NCBI GenBank assembly: GCA_030141605.1
Contig: JAQGDQ010000014.1
Coordinates: 1,373,319 to 1,437,318, forward strand
Source: Tubiluchus corallicola
Taxonomy: Eukaryota > Animalia > Priapulida
DNA: 64,000 nucleotides
Direction: 5' to 3'
Shown: one piece after another, positions 12,560 through 26,841 of the stretch
Position numbering within the stretch: position 1 is the stretch's first letter
Layout of the letters: every line of letters begins with the position of its first letter
Translations under genes and position numbers: made by a program
Notes under the pieces: generated by a model
The model's input: only the letters and a program-made list of their open reading frames with translations
The model's database searches: none
What the model was told of the DNA's origin: nothing

Positions 12560-15009
12560 CTGAAAAATAAGACAGGTTCACTAAACTTATTCTGATGCCC
12601 AGAAAGGCCAGTGTTAAGTTAAGGGTTACAGTTGGAAAGTGAACACGAATCCATAAAGTAGAATTCTTAATGCTGTATACTAAATTGCAAGTTATATAAA
12701 GTAGCTGTTTCACCTTAAAGCAATCAATGGCCAATCGGAAACAAGCGTCTGGTAAATAATTCTATGTACAATGGCTGTCCTGCATCTAGGAATGACCACA
12801 GCAAAATCATGGGTAAGCAGTCTCAGCTTATGGAGAGTACTCCCAACAAAAAGTGTCAGCATTTAAGAACCAACGAAGAACAATCATAAAAGCATTGGCC
12901 ATAGACGTACAGATAAAGATTGGCCAACTACAATCAGGCAATACATTGATAAATATTACTAGTTTTTAATAATATGTAAATAATATGTAAAAGCTTGTAC
13001 AGATGCTTGTTTAGTCATTATTACATTTCACTGATTTTTAGTCCATTTGAGCAACTTGGCAGTCATGATCAATGAAACACGATGTGACTAAAATAAATAG
13101 ACATTTACAAGCAATGGTACATGGTACATCTTTACGAGAGAACAAATAAGTTTAGCAAATAAATTTAAATATTGGACTTACTAACAAGTCTTGCAAGCGT
13201 TACTAATCCCAGGAGTTAACTATTTTTTCCCCATTGGTATACTAAAATTCCATGATGGCAGCGTTTATCAGTCATAGTTTTCGTTTTATAGCTGTTTATA
13301 AAATGAATACCTTTTAGGATACTACAGAAACATTTGCTAATTAACTTAGCACGCTTTGAAGATGCGCACACCTACGGCCTAAGCTTGACTAGCTTACTGT
13401 AGAAAACGTGCAGCCGCTTGATTTGTCGCTAGTAAGCATCTATTGACCAAATGACCAGCCATATATGTGTGTATTAGTCTTCACGAATCTTGAACAGTAA
13501 TATGGAAATCGCAAAAGGATCATTTCAAACAACATTTACAAGCTGGCAAGACTAAACTGTGTCTTTGGAAGTTTGGGGATACCCCAAAGAATAAGCTAGG
13601 TAACAAAAGAGTATGATATCTTTTAGTATTCCCAAGTCACAAATTTCCAGTATTCGCAATTGCTCTGTTCAAACTCTGTTGCTATGAAATTTGCCTCGCG
13701 GAAACCACACCAAACAACAAAAAGAACTGCAACAGCAATTTAGAATACGCTATAATGAAATAAAAAAACTGAGCTTCTTCTTACGAGAACGTTACAAATG
13801 AGGCTCACTCGTATTGTTGTATCACTGATAGTAGCGATGACCCCAAAGTAGCGACAAGCATATAGCAAGTTGCCATCAGCGACATTTGGCGAAAACCGGA
13901 CATCACTTACAAAACCGTTTCCCTAAACTTGCGTCATGCTGTACAAAATCGACCGTCATTCCTCGCAAAAAGCAAAACCTATTATTTGGCTTACCTTTAC
14001 TAAACACGATCCATATAACATCGCGCACTAATACGACTCAGTATCAACTGCTATGTAAATGTAGGCGATGTGGACTTTGCCCAAAAGCCTGCCAACTAAG
14101 TCGAAATCTGATTAGCGGGACATCATAAGCAAACAAACGAGGTGAACCCGTGAAAGCGATCAGTTGGAGAGGACTACAGTATGAAATGTGAGCTAACAGC
14201 TTACCACTGACCAACACGGATACGACAGATGGTCAGTTGCCGAATTTCAAATGCACAGTTACCCTAGGAATCTTAGAACATCTGCTGTGATGCTAGCTTT
14301 TTCAAACAGTTCTATCACATTACCATAAATATTAAAATCACAACCACAATAATCGCAGTTGTCATCACCATCATCATGCATCATTATACTCGTGCAATAT
14401 GCTTTGGCCAATAAAATATTGACTGACCCCAATTTCATGGGTTAAAAGTGGCCCTTGTTGACCGTTTATCCACGGGTCCCCCGTTATGAACTAAAAAGTT
14501 ACAAGTGAACTTTGGCGTTACCTTCACAGACCAGACTAAATTATGTCAGTCGTACGGATAATGGAAAATCTTTCTTTCTATGTCTTTGGTATCATTATTT
14601 TCACCGTTAAGAATTCCCGAACAAGACGCATGTTAAAATGCCAACGAGAAGGGAGGCAAGGGTCTCCTATTTTTGTGTTAAATTCTTAACATGCTGGTTC
14701 TCCAACTTTTCCTTGAGTCAACCTGAAAGTTTCACAACATTTTTTTGCTTCACTACTGACCCACGTGATCACTAGGTTGATCTTTTCATCCTCCTCCTAC
14801 TTAACAAGATTGGGCCATGAGCGAAAATTAACTGACTAACAATAGTCAAATACTATATCATTACCGACAGTTGATACCAGCTTCCTCCAAATTTCACTTG
14901 TCTCAATAGACCCTTCAGTTCTTTCGGGAACAGTCTCCTAGGTAAGTATGCCCTGCTATAACCTGTGGCTAATCATATATTTCTTGTTTTTACCATCGAT
15001 TTTAAATAA

Positions 15010-15130
15010 ACTTATCACATCGTATCATATCGAATCGAATCGATTCGTATCGTATCTTAATTTAGTTTAGCTTATCTATCGATTCTTATCTTATCTTGTA
15101 TCCGATCTTACTTTATATTATTTTATCTTA
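15010..15130. repeat. Degenerate pentanucleotide repeat (TATCT/TCGTA/TCGAA variants)
   Basis: 5-nt periodicity seen directly. Confidence 0.7.
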
Positions 15131-15558
15131 GTCTTACCACGGTCAAAACGTTTACTAGTTATAATAATAATTTTCAATTTAAAAGAAAACATTGCAAAAA
15201 CAGAATCTCGGTCTTGTGCTTTTCTTGGGGAAATAGTCAAACACTACCGGAATCAATCGCTTATTGTCAAGAAGTCACTCTCGTCTGTGTTGTACAACTC
15301 TGAAGCGCCACTATATTTCTTTATGAATTGGTCATTCACGTTTTACTTAGTAAGATTCACAATACAATTAAGTCACTTAAATGGTAAAGTCGGAACATAC
15401 AACTCGACCTGCGTTTACAGACATAAGCCTCCAAGCTAAGACAATCTGACAGGGGCAATGTACAGTGTACGCTCAGCTAATGGATTTATGGTGTCTATTT
15501 GTAGCATCTCACCGCAAGTATTAAACCAAGAAAACAAGTGAAAGCATGAATTACATAC

Positions 15559-15619
15559 CTACACCTCGTTGCAAGTTACAACCATCATGTAAGCTACGCA
15601 AACTTATTCTTTTCGCCAT
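15559..15619 (-). CDS. Candidate alternative CELF N-terminal exon (MAKRISLRSLHDGCNLQRGV)
   Basis: ATG open to an AG|GTATGT donor in phase 1, in frame with the 12559 acceptor; no homology support. Confidence 0.3.
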
Positions 15620-17102
15620 ACAACATGATCTGCAGTTTGCATAAGTAAATATTTGGTAGGTTTAGCTGGGGTTTTATAGAATAATCGTTTAATAAATTTT
15701 ATATTCTAAATATATCACAAACGTATTGGGCAAACCAAACTTTCTGACATGTGGCACCATTAGAAAACACCACAAAATAGAAAGCTGAATAATTTTTAAG
15801 ACTGCATACATCTTTTTAGATCGTTTTTAAATCTTGTGGACTAACAGTTTAAAGGTATAACAAAATATAGCCTCGTCCTAGTAATGATACCTGAAAAAAT
15901 TCCAATAAGACTAAAAGGAGAATTAAATTTAGCTGTATTTCCCTCTTATAAATTCTTAGCAATATTGTTCCAGACACTTGTTTGTTTGCAATTTTTATTC
16001 ATGTAGAACGTCATATAGGGAAAATGGTAAATTTGCTGGGCCTACGATTTTGAAATGGCCTGGTCCGAGAACAGAATAAACAAATACCAATGTTGTATTT
16101 ACTACTTGCTATTACAGTACAAAATTTAGAGCGTCATCAGCTATATTGCACGCATGTGATGTATGAAGTGACAAAAACGTTATCATGCCCTACATAGCAA
16201 GAAGATGCTCTACAAAATTGGCAGCTATACCATTTATTAGTTCGATCTGTGCATCACAAGGTAACATGTTCATGCATATACCAATAAACTGGGATATTCA
16301 CAATGATTACAAAAATAGGGGAGACCGAGGCATGTTGGTACACTTCTTTCAGACTACCATTATCTTTAATTTATCTGATGATAGGCTAACCACAGCAAGT
16401 ATATTATAAAATTATAAACCTTGTATTCACTTTCCATAAAAAGGAGGTAACAACTGAAGATCAAGAAACGTTATGTAGATACTACAGGCTTAATGCTACC
16501 TCTCCAGTGCTCTAAATTGCCCCACCCTGAAAATCCAATTATAAGATTTTTAGCTGCTCCTGGAATTTAATGACGGCTAAGCACTGGTTTACCGTAATTA
16601 GAACTTGAATTTTTCTTTATAATATATATAATTACAGTGGTTGAACATTTACAATCATTGATAGACGATATACAGGACATTATACTGTACAATTGTACTG
16701 TTCGATAATTCGACGGCTCGGCTGGGTCCCGAAGTAACGATGACATCATAACTAAATAGGGGTCAAAAAACATATAAAAAATTCCAAGCTTTGTCTTCGA
16801 CCTCTTTTAGATAATTAGGTATTATCACAGTACCAATTTTCGTCTTAATTACCTCAGCAGTTTTGAAGGAAATACATTTTGAAGCCAGAAAATCACCAAT
16901 TTTAGAACATCTACGTTCGTTGCCAGGCACCTTCACCATAATAGCAACCAAATTGTTGCTGCACAACTACAGCTCACACCCCATCTGCTGTGCAGTGTAC
17001 AGGTTTGGTTGGAAATCAGCGGCTTGGAGAAATAGTGAGGAAATACTCTTCAGACGGGACTGAGAATAAAGGTCTGAGCATATCAAGCTGAGTGAGCCAT
17101 CG

Positions 17103-17549
17103 AACCAGTTGATTTAAATCCTTGGAAGACGTATGGTGAACACAATAATTTCGAACAAAATAAATACTTCTACCAAGTTCAGTAACACCTCCCGCCCCAT
17201 CCAGTTTAACTTGCTCCTTTAAAACCATTCTAACAAACCCCACTAAATTCAAACCAGTTGATTTAAAGCCTTGGAAGACGTATGGTGAACACAATAATTT
17301 CGAACAAAATAAATACTTCTACCAAGTTCAGTAACACCTCCCGCCCCATCCAGTTTAACTTGCTCCTTTAAAACCATTCTAACAAACCCCACTAAATTCA
17401 AACCAGTTGATTTAAAGCCTTGGAAGACGTATGGTGAACACAATAATTTCGAACAAAATAAATACTTCTACCAAGTTCAGTAACACCTCCCGCCCCATCC
17501 AGTTTAACTTGCTCCTTTAAAACCATTCTAACAAACCCCACTAAATTCA
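17103..17549. repeat. Near-perfect 149-bp tandem triplication
   Basis: Units start at 17103, 17252 and 17401; I see only one substitution (AAATCC vs AAAGCC). Confidence 0.97.
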
Positions 17550-18738
17550 TATCATGCTGTACACAAACCAAAAATCTACAGCGCACATATCAAAGCTCTT
17601 TCACACTTGTATCACCCAAGTTAAAACACCAAGGTGAATAAAAAATACTTTGAACAGAAAAAACAAAGTACCCTTCACAGTTCAGTTATGCTTTCTTCCT
17701 CAAACTTTGAAAAATATGGCAGACACAAACATACTAGTTATCCAACTATTCACTACTCACTAACGGACATCAGTTGATAATAGACTTTATTCAAAATAAT
17801 TATAGACAATGTTTCTCTACACCAGTAATCAGCTTGCCCCTTCTCCCTACTATTAATCAGCAGCTTGAAATTCGTCCTCGGCTTCTTGGGTACCAGCAGC
17901 TGCATTCTTGGTTGGATGGCCGAGTGGTATAGATTTCGGACTACAACCACGTAGTCTAGAGTTCGATGAGTTCAATACTAACGGCTGCAACAGGGCATAT
18001 ACCTTACATGTATCTCGTTGTTTGTAATAAGCGTATTCACCTATATTGTTGTAAGTGTAAGTCACTAAACAAGCGACGGTAAAATTAATAAATCTTGTCT
18101 TTGTCTTTTGTATTTTTGAAGTGTATTTCCCGTTTGGCCTGGGCTTATATAGAACTTGTCCACAACCTGCATGTAGGTAGTCTTGCAAACAAATATTTTT
18201 CATACATATTGCCTCAAACAGTGCCTACGACCACTCAACGTAAGGTATCTCAACGTGAGCACGAAAATGTGAATACATGTACGTTTAGAGGAACAGAATT
18301 TAAAATATTAGTTTGCAGGTGATAGGTATCTGATCAATGATCTTCTTAATGGGTTGTGCCTGTAGTTTTAAAAAAATAATATTCAGATAGAGAAATACAC
18401 AAAAAATTAAGGTACATATCCCGCAAAAGAACTAGTATTAGATTTACTATAATAAATACACTGTTTATCGTACGAGCCCGCCTACTATAAGCATATACCT
18501 AGAGAGCAAAAGTATGTCTAGAGATTATTTTCACATCATGTTCCTTAATTAAAAGTTGCAAGTAAATTTAAGTTCTAGATAATTTTAATGTCTTAGGCAT
18601 AGTACACTGATCTGAAACTTATTATCGCTAATCCTCTGATGTAGTTTTGAAAGCTTTGAAATACAACAAGAGGTTTACTACGGAGATATTAATAATAAAT
18701 TTACCGTTACCGATATATTTTAAGTAGAACTTACATAC

Positions 18739-18781
18739 CTTGTGAATGATGTGATTCGTCTATTTGGTCTACACAGGCCAT
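18739..18781 (-). CDS. Candidate CELF upstream coding exon (MACVDQIDESHHSQ)
   Basis: ATG at 18781 open to a CAAG|GTATGTAAG donor in phase 1, in frame with the 12559 acceptor (G|AT = Asp); possible acceptor at 18833. Confidence 0.4.
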
Positions 18782-19539
18782 TGGGAGCGTTGCGGACAGA
18801 TTTAACAATAAGGTTCCTCTAAATGCGTAAACCTAGAGCAATTGGATATAAATTAATTAGAAACCTGATTAAGAGCAAATACAACCATCTGCGGTGATCC
18901 ACTAGGTGACCTGCTGAGACAAATTCATTAGTAAGAAAATCGATAAGATATTAAGGTGACGACAAGCTGCAATATCTTTTACATTAAATCACCATACAGG
19001 GTGAGTGCATGCGGTTAGCTTACAAGACATAGAATTTATCACCGAGGGAGCACTCCCTGAGCCTCCAGAGAATTTCTGTGCCTCTGCAAATACCAATTGT
19101 AGTTTGCTTCATTCTATACCAAATTCAATTAGGCCTAGACCGCTAAATCATGCAATTATAATTACAGTGAAATTGTGTAGTACATACCTGCTATACGTAA
19201 AAATTCACTGAGCAAATAAATAAGCAAGCGTGAACACTAGAACATTACAAGTATGCTTAATATAGCATGTACGTTCATAACTTGACGCTGTCCCATGCGG
19301 CAACCCAAGGGCAAATGATTATTCACAAGTGTCAAACGAATTGTACACGACTTTTTAACTGCTTATGGCTGAGGATTAGCCTATAGGTAACAAGCAGCAG
19401 CTAAGCACCGTAGCATAATAATATCAAACGATACACTAAAGATTAGCGCTGCCCGCATATTGTACATCTCAACACACTATGTAGAGATAACACACATGAG
19501 CTGTACAAACAGGTGTGAACTAACAAAATCTAACTTTGA

Positions 19540-19900
19540 TAACACAGAAGATCAACAAACGCAACACACCGATACTGTACACTGTATACAGTAGAGAATT
19601 TCTCTACTGTATACACGACACGTGTGCAGACTACGGAAACAACGCAACCGCACATCAGCTGCGCAGCTATCTGACTCCACGCGACTGCGAGGCGTGAAGC
19701 CAAAATTGAACACTAAAGCCAGCAGCTGCGGATTAAGCAGCTGATAAAGTGAATTTACCACAGCGCTGATCAACAGCTAATGAGCACTTAATAGCCAATC
19801 ACCGCCAGCCGTCCGTCGCTGCTCGCTGCATCACCAGGAGCGGATGTCCATAACGTCACGCCATTTGGTTTCCCAAATCGTGGAGTGCCCAATACTTGGA
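19540..19900 (-). promoter_or_regulatory. Probable CELF promoter / first-exon region
   Basis: Locally GC/CpG-rich; the minus strand reads CCAAATGGCGTGACGT (YY1-like plus CRE half-site) at 19853-19868; a CAG|GTATGT donor lies at 19188. Confidence 0.4.
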
Positions 19901-21279
19901 CCTAAAGCTGCAATTGGCATCTTCTTTTGTAGCAATTTTATTACTAACAACATTTCATCAAAACACAACACAACCGTTCACATCCAAAAGCCCTTTTCAA
20001 CCCTATTCTCCCGTGCTCCTGTTCATTATTAAGTTAGAATATTGTCACCGGCCCATTTACATGGTTGCCTGTCCCAGAAGTGCATAACAAATAACACGCA
20101 TAGACCATTCAAAATATTTTACTTTTTATATTGGTATACAACAAAAATTTATTTAGATTATTTTTATAGTTGTTTCATTAAAATTTAATGGCAATAAAAT
20201 ACGGATTATAAAATTTGAATATGTATTTGCACAGATTTGTTGAGACAATTTCTTCTATTTTTATTGTAATTTGTGACACTAAATTGTATGACGTAATGTC
20301 CTCTAGATGACATGTATATAATTATATAATTTGTAGACTTGATATCACGGTTGATAAATAAGGAATTTATAGGTTTATTTAATTATCCATTTGTACAATA
20401 AAATTAATTGCACAAAACAATAAAAAACACAAGTTAACATGGATATGGGTGTACGGAGGTTTATGTCGAGTACGATGTCTACTTACGTGTGTCTACTAAG
20501 ACATTTAATCTTCGACTAAATAATTTACTGGAGGAAGCATTTACCATTAAAGACCCATTTTCATGTTCATTCTCATATTCCTACCCTATAGCGAAGGAAT
20601 ATTGAGCAACTGAAGATACGCGTCGATTTACATAAAGTTTGTGTCCAGACTTGTGCTAGTGGCGCAAAACTAAACATTAAAAAGCCACAACTTTAAACAA
20701 ATTGTTGTTTTAAGGAAAACATAATAAAAAATACCATAATCGAATGATCTGGTTGAATTGGTCAACCGAACTGACAAAACGCCTGCTAAGAAAGTGAAAT
20801 TGAAACTTGCACGGAGAATTTTTAATGCTCTAGACTTTTTGTGTTTTTTCAACTCTAGAACGTTTTTCAGCTTACAACTTAGTGACTAAAATGTCATTTT
20901 TTATTTTTTTACATGTCTAAAACTTATAGCTTAAACTAAAAACTATTTTGTTTATTGTAATTTCCGCTATGCATGTTATGTTTTTAAGTGAAAACCATTT
21001 ACACCAAAAAGTAAGATATCAGAAAGTTACAAGATCACTGCCTTAATGGATATCACACTTCACCTTTAATATTGGCAGTGTTAAAGTACAAAAGTTAATT
21101 TAAAATAAATATAGTAGTTTCAAATCTTGTGTTCTTTCCTTTTATTATTTTTTTTAATAAATACACTTTAAAAATCGAAGTTGACACGGAGATATGAGGG
21201 GGGTGCAAAATTTTGACCATTCCTAGAGCACAATAGTGTCTGGCATTTGGACTGTTTGTGCCAATGACGTTTCGAAATG

Positions 21280-21897
<618 letters not shown>

Positions 21898-22510
21898 TCG
21901 TCACTCATCAGTTTCGTCACTCGTTACAATATAATAATTAGTAGTGGATGCTAATCACGTGTAATGTAATAAAGAATTTTCACTAGCGCAGTACACCACT
22001 GGTGAGATGTGTAATGGCTAAATGTGCTACTAGCGAAACTGGACAATGGACGTGTTTTGCTGGGTACTTACGATGCAAACCTCGTAGACCTCTTTGTCTT
22101 GAAGTCTTGAATAATACTTCTAAAAGTCTTTGACGACATACTAGAAGTTGTAGTTACAGTCGTCAATTTAATTAAGTTTTGAAGATAGGCAGAACACATT
22201 GTCTGTCCAAATTTAGCACACAATCGCTATACACAAGGACGTCAGTTAGCGAAACAGTAAGTAAATATTTATCAAATTGAAATTATGATATGACATTTAG
22301 ACGCCAATGCAAATCTTACTTCCCTCAATGTATATGTTTGATACTTTATTAATTCTGTAATTACAAAATGGTGTGATTTGTACAATCTTATCTATTCTTC
22401 ATATACGTATACGTATGTGCAGCTACAGTAGATTTTGAAGGCAATATGAGGAAAAAAGTTGTAAACTCAAAATCAAATCAACTAAGCTTCTATTTCATGT
22501 ATGAAAATTA

Positions 22511-22604
22511 TTATTCTAAAACGTTTTTCTTTTCTTTTCTTTTCACATCCAAGTTTTCTTCTTCAGAACAATTCTCACTTTCGTTATCCTCTTCGTCATC
22601 ATCG

Positions 22605-22638
<34 letters not shown>

Positions 22639-22774
22639 CGTCGTCGTCATCATCATCACCATCATCGTCGCTGTCATCACTTTCTTCTTCCTCTTCCAGT
22701 CCTTGAGCTTTTCTAGCAAAACTGACTATCATCCTTTCCAATCGACTTGTATTGGAACCGGCCATCTCTGTTTG
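22511..22774 (-). CDS. TXN: Thioredoxin exon 5 with acidic extension
   Basis: catttgcag|CAA ACA GAG ATG GCC GGT TCC AAT = QTEMAGSNTSRLERMI, aligning with the Trx C-terminal GAN..KL..I; followed by a poly-D/E tract and KRKEKK, then TAA. Confidence 0.8.
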
Positions 22775-24329
22775 CTGCAAATGTAAATGATAAATAAATA
22801 AATGATTCTGCTTCTGATTTTCATTCTGATTTCGATTCTGAATTTGTCCACTGCATAAACAGGCACGCCGCTATGGCACTGAATATGGCGTTTTTACATA
22901 TAGGTACTTACTTATTAATTCTTCGCAGAATTATCCTCGGCCGGTTTTAAAACAATTAAATGAAACATAATTGTACTAAGATTAGAAAAGACATTACATT
23001 AAATGATCGGGTGAAGATAAACATTTAAAACGCATTGCAAATAGCTGCGACTGCATAGTGCTACCATCTACTGGACAAAAACTGATGAAGCCAGAAATGC
23101 TAACACAGGTGTGCTAACGACTAACAATTGGAGAAGTTGCATTAAACTATGTAACAAGTGTGAATAGCCTGCTATTTTTTGGTTCGGTGATTTTTTTCAT
23201 AGAGAATTCTATAGGATGGCAATGACGGATTTCAAATTGAGTTCATTCTCTCCACACTGTTCAACATGCGTTTCAAATAGATGCTTTTTTGCTGACTAGT
23301 GCTCACTATTCTCATATGACTGTAATGTTTTGCTAAAGAGTGTCGTGCAACAACTGTCTCGTTTGAACACGTATACAACCCAGGTGTGATACAACCATGA
23401 CAAATAGTTCAGCAAAAGTTTTTAGTGCTGAGAAGTACAGGTTTAAAGTAATTTCACTAAAAATTTATGTACAAGCTTTGCTTTAATACCATGTTAATTT
23501 ATGTAATACATTTCAACAGCATTAGATCCGTGTGAGTAATCTACCTCTCCTGTCTTCTTTGAGGAGTGAATTGATTCATAGACAGCTTTAATAAGACTAC
23601 GTTTTCTGAATTTAATTTTCCTTTCTTACTTGTATTTATCTCAAGATCTTGATATGTATAAACGTCCTTGAAAAAGCATCAATCTTGTCTTATCTAATAT
23701 CATATTTTCCTAACAAGGTATAAGGCCTGGATCAGCTGTATTAAAAATAGACTACATATATGTTGCTTCTGGCATGGACAATACTGTTCTGCCGTCAGGT
23801 TTTCGCCGCCAGGGTATTTGTAATGACCATTGGACGGTTCCAACCAGAGCTTACAGTGGGCGAGAGGCCTCTGCTCGAATAGCACATCTTAAACGAGATT
23901 AGTAAAGCAAACGACTGGGACACATTCACCAGCTTTGAAAGAGCGGTATAAGGCCCGATCAAAATGTTTCACTGACTATTCCTGATGAATAAGTGAGTAA
24001 AACTTGAATTTAGTAAACTGCTATTTTTATAGTGAACGAAGCTTCATGATGAATCTCGAGTAGCTGACTAAACACAAAAAAAACACAAGGAGTAACTACC
24101 CTCGAAAGGTTACCAACCCCTCACATTTGCACCGAAACAGTTGAGAGAAAACCCCTGGGAGGGCGGGTGCAGGCTTGTCCTGTTCGGTATGAGTAAATTA
24201 TTTATTTATCCAATGAGTTGAAAGCTATTACATGCTACACATAAAATTTGCACACATTAGTATAAAATATATTATCCATACATATAAAGAAATAAAACTA
24301 CAATAAAAAGCACTCAAAAAAGGAGAGGA

Positions 24330-25370
24330 TGAAGTTTTTACTTTTATCTAGGTTCTATCACAAATTACAAATCTAAAATCACAAATTACATCGTACATCT
24401 AAAATTGTATATTATACTAAAAGGTTATCACAGTACTTTTTAAAATTGTTCACTAATACGCTCATAACTTTTAGCAGCTACCAATCTAAACCTTTTTCTA
24501 AACATACTACCAAAACCTGATACACACATCGATTTCCTTCTTGTTCTTACTTAGGGGTATTTTAAAGTAATTGTAAATTTTGTATTATTGTAATACTTTT
24601 GTAAACAATTTTTGCACATTTTCTGGTAACTTATTTTTTTAGCTTTGTACATTACCAACGCAGTTTTGAAGTTCATCAAATCTCTTAGCTTTAAAGCTTT
24701 CAGTTTACAAAACAAAGGATTAGTATGATCATAATAACCAACTTTGCTAACAATTCTTATAGCTTTCTTTTGTAATATGTATACTGGTTTTACGTAGTGT
24801 ACGTAAAACCAATACCTCATATTACCTCATATTTCAGAACAATAATACAGATGCGGCATAATTAATAAAGAATAAAGAGTATACAATGATCCTTGGTTTA
24901 AGTTACGTTTAACTCTACAAAGTATTGCAATGCTTCTAGACAATTTAGATTTAACCATTTTTATATGTTGTTTCCATGTCACATTGTGGTCAGTTCAGTC
25001 CAGTTAAGAACTTACTTTAGTACACACATGACTGATCCCTGTGGAACGTCACAAATCACATCTAAGTACTCAGATTCATTATTATCTATTTTAACGTACT
25101 GTTTTGTCTTTTGTAAATAGCTTTTTACCCAGTCTTGTGCAACACCACTTATTCCATATATTCCTAATTTCTTTAAAATTAACTCATGATCAATCGTATC
25201 GAACGCTTTTTTCAAATTTATAAATACACTAGCCGTATAACACTTTTTATCATTGGCAGTAGTAATTTCTTTTGTTAAATCAAGCAAAGCTAGGGCAGTG
25301 GATCGCTGAGATCTAAAACCATACTGCCAGCTACTAAGTAAGTTACATTTGTGAATAAAATTATTTAAAA
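24330..25370 (-). mobile_element. CR1/L2-type LINE, 5'-truncated RT and 3' end, degenerate
   Basis: QYGFRSQRSTALALLD, FINLKKAFDTIDH, VPQGS, LQKKAIRIVSK..YDHTNPLF; lies in thioredoxin intron 4. Confidence 0.85.
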
Positions 25371-25921
25371 TTCATCTTTGCAACTACTGTTTACTCTGTA
25401 TATTTTTTAGATGAAAACGAGAGCTATTTCAAACACGTCCAACCGCTATTACGAACCCAATTGTTTAACATTTTTTGACAAAACCAAATTAACATTTCGA
25501 TTTACAGGGATACTTCAAAGCGATTTTAAAATAACATACAGGGAGGCATATCTGTGTCCTCGAGTGAGTGAAAGTTTGAACGCAAAACAAGGCGAAGCTC
25601 AGCCCTTCAAAAATACTTTGAAAGGGTTAGGATACATAATACTTTGCTAATTTTGGGCGCGTTTCGAGGAACTTTCGTAAAAAAGAAAACAGCTCGTAAA
25701 TCGCAGACCAGTTTATTGTACCTTATGGTATGTCGACTCTCACATATTGGTTTAAAAGGTCTATTTTTGCGGCGTTTGACTATCTTTACGTTGATTATTT
25801 ATTTACTATTTATTGTTGGTTATTCGTCTGTTGACTGTTTTCAAGGAAAATCAATTTCGCTTTTTTTGTTCTGTACATACGTGAAACCTTTTTTGAAACC
25901 CTAACTTAGACATAAACGCAC

Positions 25922-25987
25922 CTTTTCTCCACCTTTAAACACCATGAATGTAGGCATGCACTTGATACCAACTCTTTCAGCTAAATC
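25922..25987 (-). CDS. TXN: Thioredoxin exon 4
   Basis: gtttacag|DLAERVGIKCMPTFMVFKGGEK|gtgcgt; 66 nt; contains the cis-Pro MPTF motif. Confidence 0.93.
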
Positions 25988-26289
25988 CTGTAAACACGAC
26001 ATGAAAAAAATTACATAAGGAATTTTCAGACCTTAAAATATTTGATATAGTATGAGTATAAAATTATTTTATTTGTTATAAAGAAAACATATTATGCTTT
26101 GAAATTCTATTTCCAACACCATGACCCTAGTTGACATAGGAAGGTTGTGATCCGATTAATAATAAATTTGTGACCAGTTAATCGTGACCAAAAAAATCTA
26201 ATTGATCCACGATCATCAGCGATTTTGTGACTACTGTAATGTTGACCGGATGGTGCTGATACGCATGTTCACATCACATTATAGTAAAA

Positions 26290-26600
26290 CGTCAAAAAAT
26301 GAAAGAAGAAAGGATTTTTCTGAAATAAACTTGCCAGTTTCCAGGATGGTAGTTTTACGGAACAGGTGCTGAAATGTTAATCGCGCCTGTTTGGTAGCCA
26401 GCTGAACCAACGAGGCCTTTCCATACCAGCTACGTATAGCCGCTGTGCTATGCTGATGTGCAATGGCTCGTAAATGATTGAACCATTGCAATGTGAGTTG
26501 GGGGGGGGTCGAAAATAAATAGTATTTCGCCGTCGCAACAATATGACAACTTTGGGTTTTGCAAATCAATTCATTTGGTTAAAGTTCATGTTCATATAGT
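26290..26600 (+). repeat. Dispersed repeat family C copy (related copies at ~48170-48420 and ~49426-49690)
   Basis: Shared TTACGGAACAGGTGCT...GGGGGTCGAAAATAAAT..TTTCG blocks. Confidence 0.6.
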
Positions 26601-26778
26601 TATCATTTTCAAATTGCTTTGTAGAAATTGAAATGTCGAGGCGAGCCATAAAAATTTAATGGATTTACTGATCAGTAATCAAAGTCTATTATAGATTCAT
26701 AATTCTCCGAAATTAGCTCCCAAAGATTATGCTATACATTTAATTTTCGGTTTGATCTACTATCACCTACAAACTCAC

Positions 26779-26841
26779 CGGATTTTCGTCTACATCAACT
26801 TTTGCAAACACCATGATGTTTCTATATTTTTCTGCCAGTTC
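26779..26841 (-). CDS. TXN: Thioredoxin exon 3
   Basis: gtttttcag|ELAEKYRNIMVFAKVDVDENP|gtgagt; 63 nt. Confidence 0.93.

Noticed and set aside
12276-12734. 152-aa ORF as a complete protein
   Set aside because: Only 12377-12559 is exon; the flanks are intron read-through past clear AG and GT sites.
17103-17549. CRISPR-like array
   Set aside because: Units are contiguous 149-bp copies with no unique spacers, there are no cas genes, and the context is eukaryotic.
22446-22716. Plus-strand poly-Ser and His/Arg ORFs
   Set aside because: Antisense shadows of the thioredoxin acidic-tail exon.
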